Of a stretch of DNA of 64,000 nucleotides, positions 24,601 through 37,947 are shown one piece after another. Positions within the stretch are counted from its first letter, which is position 1, and each line of letters opens with the position of its first letter. Both the position numbers and the translations under genes were made by a program. This DNA comes from Laetmonice hystrix. Taxonomy: Eukaryota. Location of the stretch: NCBI GenBank assembly GCA_965235115.1, contig OZ249436.1:21640001-21704000 (forward strand). The letters run 5' to 3'. The notes beneath the pieces are model-generated. The model did no database searches and had not been told where the DNA came from. It worked only from the letters and a program-made list of their open reading frames with translations.

Positions 24601-27526
24601 CACAAGATGCTACTGGCCCAGGCTCACATCTCAGCTAATGGTTTATCACAGTGACACTGGAAGAGCACTGGACTAGAGGATGACAGCATACTATGCCATC
24701 AAGTCCACAAATAAAGTTTACTTATTGTATTTGAGTTACTGCCATAGCCAAGGAATTGGTACTGAGACTTCACAGAAGGAGTCACTGAGAGTTAGAATGT
24801 CTAACCTTTTCTGATGCTGTAGCTATTTTGGTCCCAGTAGAATTGAATGTCATGGCAGCAAGCGGATTGTCATGAGCAGGAATCATAGTCACAGCCCTCT
24901 GCAACCATCCAATCCACACACCAGCTATACATATTGGCAGAACACTCCACATTTTCAAGAATGTTATTCATGTTCTGCCCTTCTACTGATAAAGTGATGA
25001 TAAATTTAAACTGTTTTCCTTTAAAGGGGATATTTCATTGTAAGTTCTATTGATTTTTCCTAACATTAAAAAATGCAACACAAGGTTAAAAAAGCCTTTC
25101 TTGTTTTCTTTATGCTGACATGATGATAAGCAGCGAGGGAATTTAACACATGCCAGATGCCACAGGCACCTAATTTTCATTCCGGGTGCCTTAAAATGCC
25201 TAAATGATATGGCCCGGTGGTTTGTAGAAAATTCTGACCAAAATAATTTACAGCTGTTTTAGTAAGGTTACTGGCTTGTTGGTAAAAAGGTTAAGTTCCA
25301 GTGTTGATAAGCATAAAATCACAGTCCTGAATAATGTCCTTACAATTACATCAATACAGAGGAGCCTAGATGGCCTAGCATTACCATACCTAATTGTTTA
25401 GAGATGAATGTTGTTCCAGGGCTTGAATTTCAATTTCATCCACAGCATGTCAAGCACTGCCTTGGGTCTCAGCACAAATTTTAGGGCACCAAGACGAATT
25501 TTCATTCAAAGGAGGTGCCATTTTCCACCAAAGCCATTGCTAAATTCAAGCCGTGTAGTTCAGAAGTGAATCAACATAGCCAAAGTAACTAAAATAATGC
25601 AAACTTACAAGGTTGACACAGTCAAAGATCTGCACCTCGCCAATCTGATTGGAACCAGGGTAGGCCAAGAAGCAGTTGTCATTGCTGATAGAGAGGGCAC
25701 ACAAGCCACTAGGGTTTGGAGGTGTGTCACGGATCGTGTGTAGTACCTTCATATCACGAATGTTGTGGATGTACAGGCTTTCTTCCAAGCACACAATCAG
25801 GCACTGCAAAGGAATTGACAGGAAATTTTTGACTCTTTTGAGTGGAGGCAACTCACAGTTTTAATGTTTAGACCATTGAAATAAAATAACAATAGAATTC
25901 CTGAACATGAGCAACAAAAACATAGAATCATTAAATATGGTTCTATTTAAGCTCAGTAAGTTTTCCCACAACAAACTTCGATGAGAACCCTGCTTTGGAA
26001 ACTAGAGAAACGACAAGATGAATCACTTACCAACCGGTTTAACCGGACAGCCAGTATTGTGTTGGAATAGCTGTAGTTGCATATCTCTGTGCCCTTCTTG
26101 AAGTGGCATACCTTGAGTTTACGTGGTGATGATAAACTCACTATGGCAACAAGACTACTGGAGAATAATCTCTCTACGGTACTTATATCTTCACTTTCTA
26201 AAACAAAAAATGTTAAAGGTATGAATTAGTAAAACATATCACTAATGGAAGATGATAAAAGTTATATTTGCGATTCTCCTTTGATATGTGATAGGAAATC
26301 CCCCCCCCCCCCCATTCTAGGTGGGCAGAAGGATGTGCAAAGTAATGAATGTATTGAATCAGCCAACATGAAGATGTAATCATTATAAATGACTGGCACT
26401 GACTGCACCAGTTTGTAAATATTCATAAGATGAACTAACTATTCCTCAAATACTTATTATTGGATGCAGATATTCAATTGCTGCCAGCTCATACAGTGCA
26501 TTTAAAAAAAAAATCTACTTTTTGCAGACTAACCAGGCACGGCTTTTCAAGACTGGCTATAGATGTGTAAATACTGTAATGGCATGCTGCAACTACCCAT
26601 GTTCTCCAGCTCCCAGTATAGACTGATACTACATATATATAGCATAATGTTCATTGTTCAGGGGGATGCTCCTCCATCACTCTGACAGAGGTTCACCTTG
26701 CCTCAAGGCATCAATCAGATCTACATGGCCAGGGTCTCAGGCACATGATCACATGACAATGATTCAATGTTGACTCCTCAGGTACTCAGACAACACAAAG
26801 CAGACCACATTCTTTTACATTTGAAATTCAAAGTTCTTAAATAGCATACACATCTATAACATAAAAATGTTGTAGTACATGAAATATTTTTAAAAACATA
26901 CAACCAATTATTATAGATTAAAAAAACAAACCAATTTGGCAATGTTTATCAAATATTCAGAAATTTTGCATTACTAAGTCTAAAAGTAAAACTAAGTCTA
27001 AGATAAGAACGGAATTTTATGATCTAATTTCTACTAATTTGCTAGAAATATATAACTTTCTTTGGAAGTTTGGTGGAAATAATACTGCACTTACCGTTGG
27101 CATTGTCATATATGTTGTCTAACTTGTCCACAGAGTTCAGGGAAAAAAGTCTATATCCTGTCTTGGTACCTACTGCTATAGATCTGGAAAGGTAAATGAC
27201 AAATGAGGATCATAAATAACTCATTATTCCATTAACTGTGTCTTAGTCTCTTTGTGAGTTTGTCTGTCAAAAAGAGACTGTAGATCTACAACACTCATCA
27301 GACTGGTCATCAACTACAGCACAGGTTCTAATCCTATTCAGTTTGGGCTACACTCACTACTGCAATCTAGGACAGGTCAATTGGCATTGTCAGAGGAATC
27401 TAGAATAGACAGTGACACTGACTGACACAGACACAGTGACAGTCACGGTACTTACGAGCAGTCCTGGTTGAAATTCACAAACAACAAGTTGGAGGCGGGG
27501 TCTCCCCCCTGGCTTGCGAGATTCAT
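18640..27526 (-). CDS. WIPI2: WD-repeat phosphoinositide-interacting protein (Atg18/WIPI1-2 class), 10 coding exons, ~447 aa (or ~494 aa with the alternative donor)
   Basis: Exons 27526-27456, 27183-27095, 26197-26031, 25803-25609, 24898-24806, 24459-24389, 24233-24126, 22408-22136, 21683-21532 (or -21391), 18764-18640. Motifs: [59 protein letters not shown]3P-binding [17 protein letters not shown] and C-terminal [12 protein letters not shown]. Confidence 0.95.
21871..22149. repeat. 33-bp minisatellite spanning the WIPI exon 8/intron junction, 8 copies
   Basis: Unit TGTCTCTCACCTGTGCTGTTTAAGCAGGCTATA; core CACCTGTGCTGTTT at 21909, 21942, 21975, 22008, 22041, 22067, 22100 and 22133. Confidence 0.95.
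23169..23416. mobile_element. PIF/Harbinger-like MITE with an eroded left end
   Basis: CAG|GGCCCC...TTAGTAAGACGGGCCC|CAG; the right TIR resembles that of 59049-59521. Confidence 0.5.
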
Positions 27527-27659
27527 GAGGCCTGTGAAGCCAGACTGCACACTGCTATATACGTACTCCGTTTTGGAAGATTTACAGATCCATTCAGAGT
27601 AACGGAATAAACATAAAACTGAGAGATCACATCATTCCCCTACAATTTGTTGTTTTTAG

Positions 27660-27800
27660 ACAGTCACAGCTGACGACCTGCTGCGCATGTCCGGGAAGCC
27701 GTTGTGGTTTACAAGGAAAGCGTTCATTGGCTGCTCACATATGACGTCATATGAAAAGATCGTTTACTGACTTACCAACAGGTGGCACCACATTTGAAAG
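27660..27800 (-). promoter_or_regulatory. WIPI proximal promoter
   Basis: Lies 150-250 bp upstream of the ATG. NRF1-like TGCGCATG (~27682), CCAAT box (ATTGG, 27726) and a CRE inside the 16-bp palindrome CATATGACGTCATATG (27738-27753). Confidence 0.55.
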
Positions 27801-28690
27801 GGGTCAGAAGGGGGCGTGTCGACAGTCTGGTAGGCCTATATTAAAATCGATTTATTTTGTAGGCCTACATGGATGATTGAAGGCAGACTGGGCGTTAAAC
27901 TCCCTTCTATCGACCGATCGTCCCTTTAAACACACCTTTAGTTTGGGCCAGAAGAGATAAACTGGCGTTTCACCCTGTTCCAAATCTAAAACAAAATTAA
28001 TGTTTTCTACATCGATCATTAAAATTTTTATTTTTTTTAAAGATATACTAGTAGGCTGCCAGGGTATGGTTAAGTATAAGATAAAAGCGTTTTATCAGCT
28101 CTTGAAAAAAACTAAAAACACAAAAGAGGTGCAACTGCACTTGCTTTTATTTCAGACAGGATCCATGTAGGCCTATACATCAACTACCATGGCAGGAGTA
28201 TGTTAATTGCTCACGTACCCAAAATTACCAGAAATATCTACTATGGACATGGTGAATAAAAGCCTTGGATAGTGATTAAAATTGATGGCGTTGGATTTTT
28301 TGGGCCACATCCCTTAATAATTATTTATGTAGGCTCTGACATTTTAATTAGAAGATCATCATTCTTTTTCCAAATACATTCTAAAATATACAACACTTTT
28401 CTAGCTGTCATGAAGCGCTTACAAAACTCTTGACCTTTACCGCAGTTTATTGTCTCCATGTGTGTAGTCATGCATGCCCACAATATTCTGAATCTAATCA
28501 ACCTGCAGCTAGGTTTCAGAACAATATGAGGGAGACTGGTGCGGTAACAAAAATCATAAAATAACCAGTTCTTTGCAATGAAAGTACAACAAAAACCTTT
28601 TCAAAAGTGGCATCTGACTCAATAGATTCTTTCAGAACAAGCGAGATACCTGGCACATTGATGTTCACATGATTATATAGATGATACCAA

Positions 28691-28868
28691 CAGTGGCGGA
28701 TCCAGGGGGTGTCGGCGACGTCTGGACCCCCCTCAAATTTGCCAAATTTAATTTTTTTATAACCAAAATGCCTTATTGTTTTTACAATGGACCCCCCTCC
28801 TCAATTTGCCCTTTTTATGCTGGACCCCCCTAGGACCCCCCTGAATATAGACCCTAGATCCGCCCCTG
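28691..28868. mobile_element. MITE with 5-bp TSD, copy 2
   Basis: ACCAA|CAGTGGCGGATCC...GATCCGCCCCTG|ACCAA. Confidence 0.75.
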
Positions 28869-28871
28869 ACC

Positions 28872-29092
28872 AAACTGGATTTCGATTGAGGTTTTAGGCT
28901 ATGCCAGGGTGACGGGGTCATACTGAGTCAGTCAGTTTGACTAGTGGTAGAAACTGAAGAACCGGAGAAAATTACCATAGCAAGCATCTGCTTAATTTCC
29001 TCACATAAGACAAAAACGAGATTATAACCAGAGATGAAAGGGTCTGTGAACACGAGCCAGAAGTTCAGACCACTGAGACACGGTGGCTCCCC
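28872..29092 (-). mobile_element. Degenerate tRNA-derived SINE
   Basis: Minus strand starts GGAGCCACCGTGTCTCAGTGGTC (A-box-like), then TTTTCTCCGGTTCTTCAGTTTCTACCAC, resembling a conserved SINE body; similar to 43480-43600. Confidence 0.45.
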
Positions 29093-31162
29093 CTGCTGAT
29101 ACAATAAGTACACATGCTGGTAGATTAAAGAAAACATTGTGAACACATTTGAACGACTTTCAATCCCTCCTCTCTCGGGAGCTAAGCAATCTCAAGTACA
29201 AAAATGTAGTTACTCCATGACCATGAAATTACAAATGTTGATTGCTAATAACATTACCGGGTAAATTTCTAAGGAATGTAATATTAACCTGTAATCTACT
29301 GCTAAAACTTTTACGCAGCTAAGCCTTCCCCAAAGACTGACTATCATTGTCCATACTTGTATTTTCTACCCGTTTATACTGAAGAATCATGCATAAAAGA
29401 GAATACACTGTATAAAGTGTGAATCAACACGCCACCTATCTTTGATTGGCAATGGTCCATCTGGAACAACAGCCTACTGTTATGCTAAATAGCTCAGGCA
29501 ATAATTTATTGACGAGCACCAACCATCATGTTTTCTGCAATTTTAGTAATACACCAATAGTTAATGGTGTATGAATAATTGTATACCAAGTACAACAATC
29601 AAGACATACATTCTAAAGCGTTATAGTATAGTGAACAATATACATACAGGCCCTTCCATCACACAATGGTGCCTTATACGCCTCTAAGCTACCAGTAATA
29701 AAATTAATTACTACCGTTTAAAAAAAGCGACAACAAAAAAGATAAAAAAAAGATTTGTATCCTGACAGTATATCAGGCAGCCTCTTTCAGAAATTCCATT
29801 GTCCCATTGACTGACATCTTAAAACTGATCTGATGAACATATGGCTTAAAAGTAACGGTATGTTTAAATATAACTTACACTAATGCAGTCATGTTTTTCA
29901 GCTGTTATTCTGAACTACTCCCAAATTATAATTAGATCTTAAGAAATAAGTAAGTGACAGTCAATTTAAGCTACACGAGTATTTCTGTACTTGTTGGCAA
30001 TAACCCATTCTCTCTGATAAATAACCACAATGGCAGTAATATAACATATTATACAAAAACAAAATTCTGTTTGATAGATATCATAATATAATAATAAAGC
30101 TAGTCAATAAATACGTGTATATAAACTAACAAAGATAGCCCTGGTGCATGTGAACGCATATATTCCCCATAAAAATAAAAAAAATAATACGTCTCTTTGG
30201 TCCATCACAAATATGTTTCGGCAAGGACAGGGTACAGAGTCACTACCAACTGAATGTTCCCTCACCATTATAAACTAGCCTATGATATGAATATTTTCAC
30301 TTTTACTACAGCTAGTAATAGTAGGATTTAGACATTTAACGCATCACAGCAATAACCCCCACAAAAATCATCCGATATAACACATACCCCCGTATACCAA
30401 ACACAAAAACTGTTCTTGTATTAAAGTGCTTTCAAAAAATTGTAAGACTTCTAATAACATTATCCACATATTAAAAATGAGGAATAACTTAGAAACTGGC
30501 ATTAAAATAACCAGATGTAAACCATAGTCCATTCAATCACTGGTATCAGGAGCAATATGGCACATAAAATACTTATGATAAGGGGGGGGGGTACTTTTAG
30601 AGGGGCGTTGCATACTTGGGATAGTTACAAGGGGCAAAATAGACTTTCCCATAGAATCACACTATGCCTGGTATTGCAAAACTGCTACTCTTAATAATAT
30701 ATCATACTACCATTGGATCAAAACCTAAATTTACATAATTCTTGGCAATATATCTCCTCACCTTGACTGCCGCTATTTAATTTGTTCATCCTTTCCACAA
30801 ACTGATTTTCTAAACTAACCCGGCTTAACACATTGATCACATCTAAAACAATGTGAATTTCCTCTTCTTGTTAATGTAAACATCATTATGGTTATCCATG
30901 CAAAGCACCAATCTACAATCAAAAGCTAAGGCGATGCACAGTATTAAGTGTCTTGCCGGCAAAGTGCATGGATGTTGTGGCTATCCAGAAGTTTTCATTA
31001 CTGGGGTATAGTTCTATTCTATAGTGTTTAGTATGATCCACAGACACAGAGATGCCCAGATCTTTATATATGTACAGTTCTACAGTTTACATTTCACAGG
31101 ATCCACAGAGAGATACCCACATCTTCATATGTACAGTAATCATTTCACATCATGCATTGATA

Positions 31163-34100
31163 TCATGCTTTTACTTCCGCTTCTGGTACTGTCTTTTCCT
31201 GCCCCTCCATGTCAGTGTTTACATCAGGGACTTCCTCAGAAATATCTCGCACTTCGTCCGGAGTTTCCACTTCCTCATTCACTAAGTCAGCAGTGTCTAT
31301 CTTCTCGAAACTCTCATCAGATGTTGATGAATTATCATCTCCATTTCCATTTTCTGAAAGTGGCGACAAAACTTCATTGTCTGCCAAATTGAGGAACTTT
31401 CGTATCTTGAGGGCGACTTGCTCATGTTCACTGAAATAGATATTTTTCAAAATGAATGCCAATCGAAACTCGTTTGAATCTGATAGGTTTTGTTGTTTTT
31501 ATTTTCTGATCTAGATACATTAACCCTACCAGACAAACCTTGGCACAGAGCCTTTTTAAAATTCCTGTTGATGTTTACATCATTACAATGTCTCACTATA
31601 TATATACCCTCACTACCCAGTCAAAACCTATGTTAAACAGGGGTTGAGACCCATGAATGGGATTTACCTTGGCTTTTGTTTGCTGAAAGTCTGGGAACAT
31701 TGGACACAGATCTAAGATACAGTACCCTTTCCTCTATCAGGCAAAGCAGGACACAGAAAGCTGTGAACTTACGTTTTGTCTCCAATGGTTATGGTTTCAG
31801 TCACACCCAGGGAATAACCCTGACAGAACTGGAGGACGACACTGTAACCAACTGTACCTCGTTTGATCTCCTCCTCCTGTACTTGCACTCCCACAACCTC
31901 CTCCAGCTGACCCACAACTGCAACAGGCCCACAACAACTCCACAGATTTATCAATATTAAATGAGATCAAAAAAAGTGGTGTCATATGTATTTCAAATAA
32001 ATTAAAGTTAAGTTTTAAACAAAATAATATGTTGAAAGTATTAGGGACATGGCCATGAGAATTTGCGCATGGTCATTAAAAGCATTTTAGTGCCGGAGTC
32101 TGCTCAGCGTGTGGCTGTACCAGTGTCTGCTAATTAATTTGCTAATTTTGGCGTCACAGGGCCTGACCAATCACAGCACGACTGCTCTCCAGCTTGGGAG
32201 GAACTAAAAAAGCAGGGTGGACACGGATTTGGGCTGCCGTGGATTTTGGCCGCCTGCATTCAATTCATAACTACACTCAGAGGTGTGATGTTGACGGAGC
32301 TCAGCCCGGCTGCAGGGTGGGGGCCTGAGTAAGCACGGCACTCAGATCTGTTGCATTTAGTTAGCCTTTTCAAAAAGGTTTAGGGTTTACCGTTAGGGTT
32401 ATGGATATTAATAGTTATATTACAAAAATTCTGAGGGATTTAGCCGCCATTGATTTACCCTGATGGCGATGAGTCGTAGGCCTACGGCTACTGGTGGCCG
32501 AAAGGCTGCAGCATGGTCACCCATGAACACGCACATGCTGGGACACCCGGGCACGCCCGGACCATCGGCCAACCACCTGTAGCCCCACCTGTCTGTGTGC
32601 TAGGCCTCTCATGGGACTGACCCCCTATCACCCACCCGCTCTGGTTGCCTCTGGCCTCAACAACCCTGGCCTCGATTGATTCAGGATCAAATGGATATAG
32701 ACCGGAACTTTATCAGACTGTGACATCAACGACTTTCGGACAGTGCCGCAATGGCTGCGCTGCTGCAGCCAGTGACTTTGACATGGTCGTCATGTTCAAC
32801 ATATGACTTCTTGGTACGGGGGACATTTATTTCCAATCACTACTGTGATTTTTGACAAGCCTAGAATCCTAGCTTCACCCATGCCATCTGAGCAGAGTGT
32901 CAATCCTAAGCATCTGACTTGGCATGTGATACATACCCATACGCTGTCCTTGTGTGGCTTGGAAGAGGCGCTGGATCAGGCTCTGCTTCTTCAGTGTCAC
33001 CTGGCCTGCTGATTTATCCAGAATGCACTCCTGAAGTCAAAAGTACTACTGAATACTGAATAACTGAAATAGCACATGAAGAGGATGGTCACTGAGAGTT
33101 TTAAGAATTTTATACATACCCCCCGGTACACGTGTAGGTGTCTAAAAGTTAATATTTAAATCCATGTTAAAATGGAGATCATGACCAACAAAAAATACAA
33201 ACCAATAAACACAAAAACATAATGCTATGCTTGCAATGTCTACTTCATGTATTGTACATGTAATGCAAGAAATCTGTGCTCTAATTTTGTAACATTGGAA
33301 GTGTTTATAAATGCACACACCATATACAATGATCATTTACGTCATTATACCTTTGTTATAGAAAGCTTTGACAACTCACCTCCCAGTCTTCCATGCATGT
33401 CAGACCAATAAAGAAAGCCCCAGAGAGGTACACCATCTTCCATACAGTCTCATCTGAAACAGACATTCTATCTAGCCAGATCACACAGATTTATCCACTT
33501 TAACATTGTTGGAAGGGTAAAATTATGGACAGCAAGTACTTTGGAAAGTGGTGTCTGTAATTTTGACATGGCACCGGTAGAACAAAGTTATTGAAGAGAT
33601 TGGCCTCAAATCTTTTTGGACTTCGTTACTTTTTGAATCATATTGTAAAAGAGGATGCAAGTGGGTCATGAGACAACACAAGAAAACTCGAGAACAGACA
33701 ATTTGGCACCCACGTAATTGTAGTCTCATCACTTTAGCACTGTGAATCCCATAGGAGCTGGCAGCTGTCAACTTCTCAATATTATTATTCCATTGTTACG
33801 GCGCTTTCACTTTTGTACGTTACAAAACAAGAGCACCAACCTTTTTTACATATTAAAAACTACTTTTCTTGTTTTAGAGGTCAAAATTGACAAAAATCTG
33901 GTTGATGTTTGAAAGTGTGTCTTCTCATCCTATGTTAATCCAACGGAGAAATTGTGATGTAACAATTGTTTAGGTGCCAGAGTGATGAATTTCAAGGCTA
34001 TTTCTGCTCATTTACATACCTAAGATACAAGACTTGCGCGCCCTATTGCCATACCAGAAGACAATTTCCTTATTATAGCACGCAAACTTTCTTGTTGGCC

Positions 34101-34734
34101 CCACGGCCTATAATATATTCATTAAATTTAACTCATTTTCAAAATAACCAAACCAAAATAATGACAATGATCCTTGTATTCCATTCGCTCCCATGGTATT
34201 TAATATAACAGTGAAATAACTTACCAACACTATAATAAGATGCCCCTATCCCGAGTGCACAAAGTCCTACAACAGTAATTCAGCTGTAATATTTCAGAGA
34301 ATCGACATCAAATGAATATATAAATATTTTACTATTTTTGAAATTCAAATCACCATCTCTAACCCTTTCTAATCAATTTTATCCAACGAGTCTCACAGTA
34401 TGACCTCATAACCATGACTTTACCAGTACCCCATCAACTTTCACTATCATATTGTATAAGAGTGTTCTCAAGGGCACAATTATTGTCACCACATCACAAC
34501 ATTCTTTCTAGACATCTGACACAGTCGTGACAGGGTTGAAAAATGTACTGCTTTGAACCTAGCATGCTCTTATCAGGAAGAGGGACAGATAAGTATGCAC
34601 ATTTTAGCAGGAAACAGTTACTTTACCATCTGCATAATGTTCTCACCTATAACGATAGCCCATGCTCTGGCACTTGGCTCCCTACAGAAATGGAGCTTTT
34701 CCTCTGTGTCCTCCTTGACAGTAACGTACGGCAT
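31163..34734 (-). CDS. CYBC1: Cytochrome b-245 chaperone 1 (EROS/C17orf62), 6 coding exons, ~236 aa
   Basis: Exons 34734-34647, 34266-34225, 33453-33380, 33030-32937, 31917-31773, 31430-31163, in phase. They translate MPYVTVKEDTEEKLHFCREPSARAWAIVIG-LCALGIGASYYSV-DETVWKMVYLSGAFFIGLTCMEDWE-ECILDKSAGQVTLKK...-VGYSVVLQFCQGYSLGVTE-...VALKIRKFL, collinear with EROS (LHL..P..RSW, YYS, EDWE, GY.VVL). Confidence 0.85.
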
Positions 34735-35921
34735 CCCAAGTTTCTTCCTAAAATATATCAATTGGGGCCAGTCCAATGCAATTCAGGTGTTGCAATATTA
34801 CTTTCTCAGACTGATTTTGGCATGCAAATTGCAATGCAATGCGAGCCCTGTACAATAATTAATGCTGTTAATCCATGCATTACCATATACACGTATACCC
34901 AAAAGATGGGTATACCCAGAGTAATGAGTAACATAGTGTTTTAGCTCATATACAATAGTTACAGCCGTTTTCTGTATGGACGACTCAGTATTTCCCCAAA
35001 ACACACCCTCCAGATGAAGAAAAGATGAAGAAGTCGACCCCAAAAACTTGAACGCTAGTTCCACTGCATTTAGTTCCACTGCAAACCACTAGGCCACGCC
35101 ACTGCCATCGCCGCTATGCACTGAGTCTGTGCTGCTGCTGGTCACGGCTGTCTAGCCATCGAGATAGCCTCAGATAGGTGACTAGACCTAGAATCTATAT
35201 ATACTCCACTGTCCTTTCTTCATATCTCCCGCTGTCAGATCTCTTCGCCAAAGTGGTTTGAATAATGTCATAATGGGGTGCCATCTGGTGGTGGGTGAGG
35301 ACACCACAGTTTTAGTGGCCTTGCAGACTGTCAGGTTCGCTGGGAACCGGCCACATTGAATCAGGTTGGTTCCTTACGCTTTACCGATTTAATTACGAAA
35401 TTTAGAGACCTCAAATGGCACGAATATGATCATTTACGGCCAATTTTATGCATTTCTTGGCGTTTCGCTAACTAATCGGCTTGATTTCGGTTTGATTTCG
35501 GTAAAAATAGCCTGATTTCGGTCTATTTCGGTAATCCGTCACACAGATTTCAGAGCTTGGCCTGGATTTATGGCCTGACTTATCGGAGACATGGCTTACA
35601 GTTACACCCCTCTCAATATCATCATACATGGGCCTGTCACGTGTCAGCATGACACTTGACCATTAATTATGTCCTGACAGCTGCACTCGCAGCACTGTCA
35701 CTGACATTGTGAGTCAGTGACTGTGACTGTGAGTGTGAGTGTCTGTCTGCAGTCTGCGAGCGAACCTTGGCTGGGCTTGGCCTTGGGCCTTGACTTGAGT
35801 TTCAAGACCCTCCGCTCCCCACCGTGCGTTCATCGCTGTGTGTAGGACACTAACTCTACTAATGCTTAATTCTTTGTCGTGATATAAACCTTACTTTCCC
35901 TACCCATAAACTATGAATCAA

Positions 35922-36308
35922 ATATTAGCGAGCGCAAGCGAGCTCTATGACAACACGTGTGAAAGGGTTGCCAAGGTGACACATACTGTCTCACAAAAAA
36001 ATTTCGTCACGTAAAACCGGAACCGGAAAAACCATGGAGCAAATCCATGGAGAAATCCATGGAGGGTCATGTGACCCTTCAGAGCATGTGCGATTTGTGA
36101 CGTCACAGTGAACAAAGAGTCGCGTGAGTGTTTGTTCACTGTGACGCCACAATATCCCGACGTCACAGTGAAAAACAGTCGCGTGAGTGTTTGTTCACTG
36201 TGACGCCACATGCTGCTAAGTGACCAGTCCTGACATCATATATTGTTATAGTTGTAGGCCTCCCGTCGCTGCGCTCGCCCTCTAGGTAGCACCTACATCA
36301 TATTATAC
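35922..36308 (+). mobile_element. Helentron/HINE-like element of a related subfamily
   Basis: Starts TAGCGAGCGCAAGCGAGCTCTAT; ends CTGCGCTCGC + hairpin TAGGT-AGC-ACCTA (36283-36295) + CATATTAT; internal 60-bp palindromic tandem pair at 36098-36210. Confidence 0.55.
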
Positions 36309-36312
36309 TTAC

Positions 36313-36529
36313 CCGTCGGGAACTTATGGATTTGTATAACTGCAAGTAATCGTCTTCCACCTGCCAATGTTTTTGACAACTCCGCAGCAAGACTAGGATG
36401 GAAAAGGCTTTGTGATTGGTCGATATTGTCCGTTGTGTGCGAACCTACAACATGTCTGCGCCCATCAAATGAGTGTCCTGTCTGTGTTTTTGATATCTTC
36501 CCGCCTTATTTTAGGATTTTATGTAACAG
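36313..36529. promoter_or_regulatory. Probable bidirectional promoter and non-coding first exons of CYBC1 (-) and HEXD (+)
   Basis: Minus-strand donor GG|GTAAGT at ~36312 and plus-strand donor CAG|GTATCG at ~36529, with ATTGG at ~36415. The ATG-bearing exons of both genes are preceded by acceptor sites. Confidence 0.45.
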
Positions 36530-36794
36530 GTATCGTAGACTTTTATAGTTCTTCCCTAAATAAGTGTTACCCTGACTTTTCTGACTGATAAGACATCATA
36601 ACTTACAGGGTAACCCTCTAATCTGGCATGATTTCGATAGCTTTTTCGTTTTTTGACAATGACACTGACAGGTCCAGGTCCAGGAGGGTGTCAAGTGAAA
36701 ACGTCCCCATTCAAAGACGTCCCAAGGCGGCCTAAGACTAAGTGAAAACGTCCCCAAGGTGAAACGTTCACATTAGGCTTATGTATTGTTCCTA

Positions 36795-37442
36795 TAATAT
36801 GATTTGGGTGCTACCCAGGGGCGAGCGCAGTTTTATTTAGCCTAGCTACTACAGTTTTGTTTCAGCTTTCCATAGCCGTATAGACTATAGTCATTGATAA
36901 TAATACGCCGGCCCGGGTGTCTGCCAAGTCAGGCCAAAGAATCTAGAGAAAACGTCAGCGCCGGGAGTAATAGGTCACTTAGCAACGCCCATTGTCATCT
37001 TATGACGACCATGGTTATATTGTCACGTCACAGTAGACTTTGGAATAAGCATGTGTTGATATTGTGACGTCACAGTAGAAATCAACAGATCGGGTTCTAA
37101 ATCCACAGTCTAGCAGGCTACGTTTTCCACCATTTTCACTTCAGTCAAGCGGCCGTAAACGGGAGCGATTGGCCGTTAAGTTTTCGACAGGCGATTTGAC
37201 GTGAATAGTAGGTAGAATCAAATGGAAAAGTCACTAAATGTTTGGAATATGTTTATAGAAGTGGCAGATAAGGAAGCGGTTTGTAGATTCCCATGCGTTT
37301 GGGAAATTTGAATTTCGATGCAGTGCAATTTAAGCCAATCAGATTGCTCCGATTTTGTCGGCTCCGTAATACCACCAAAACCTCCACAGAGGGTATAGAG
37401 CTCGCTTTGCGAGCCGCTTCGCGGCTCGCTGCGCTCGCTATT
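36795..37442 (-). mobile_element. Helentron/HINE-like element, inverted copy of 1840-2488
   Basis: Near-identical inverted match; hairpin at 36805-36817; 5' end TAGCGAGCGCAGCGAGCCGCGAAGCGGCTCGC on the minus strand. Confidence 0.65.
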
Positions 37443-37947
37443 AGATTGAGAGAGTGCCCAACATGTCTGCCCCTCACAAAATCCGCCCGGTCATGTCCAC
37501 CCCGCCCTGCCGCCCGTGTTCCCGGGATGTCCAAAACCATCCTCTCCCTTCCCTACCTCCTCGTGGAACACATTTCATTGGCCTTTAACCAGCTTAAGGC
37601 ATGGATCCACAGTACCATCATTCTCTTCATGGAATACATTTCCAACCAGTGGATCAGTGGCAGCTGGTCAACCTCTGACTGGTCTATTTACGCAATTATG
37701 GCCAGTCAAACATCGCCGCCACCCGAGCACGTAAGCGCGGGCGGCAGGTGTACATACGGCGGTAGGCCGGCGTACATGCAGAGAGGCGGACATATATGAC
37801 CGGTGGTTGGGGACGTCATTTTGTTAAATAAATATTGAATAGATGTTAAAAATTTGACTTTTGATGTGATTGTTACAGAGACAGATGGTCTGATCTGCAC
37901 TCAGTATGGTTTGCTAATAGGCTACAAAATCACAAGACAAGCTTGCC

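Noticed and set aside
28872..29092. Possible tRNA gene
   Set aside because: Only an A-box-like head; no cloverleaf or intact B box, so better explained as a decayed SINE.
34543..35079. ORFs of 133, 101 and 93 aa
   Set aside because: Antisense or off-frame to CYBC1 coding exon 1 and its flanking introns.
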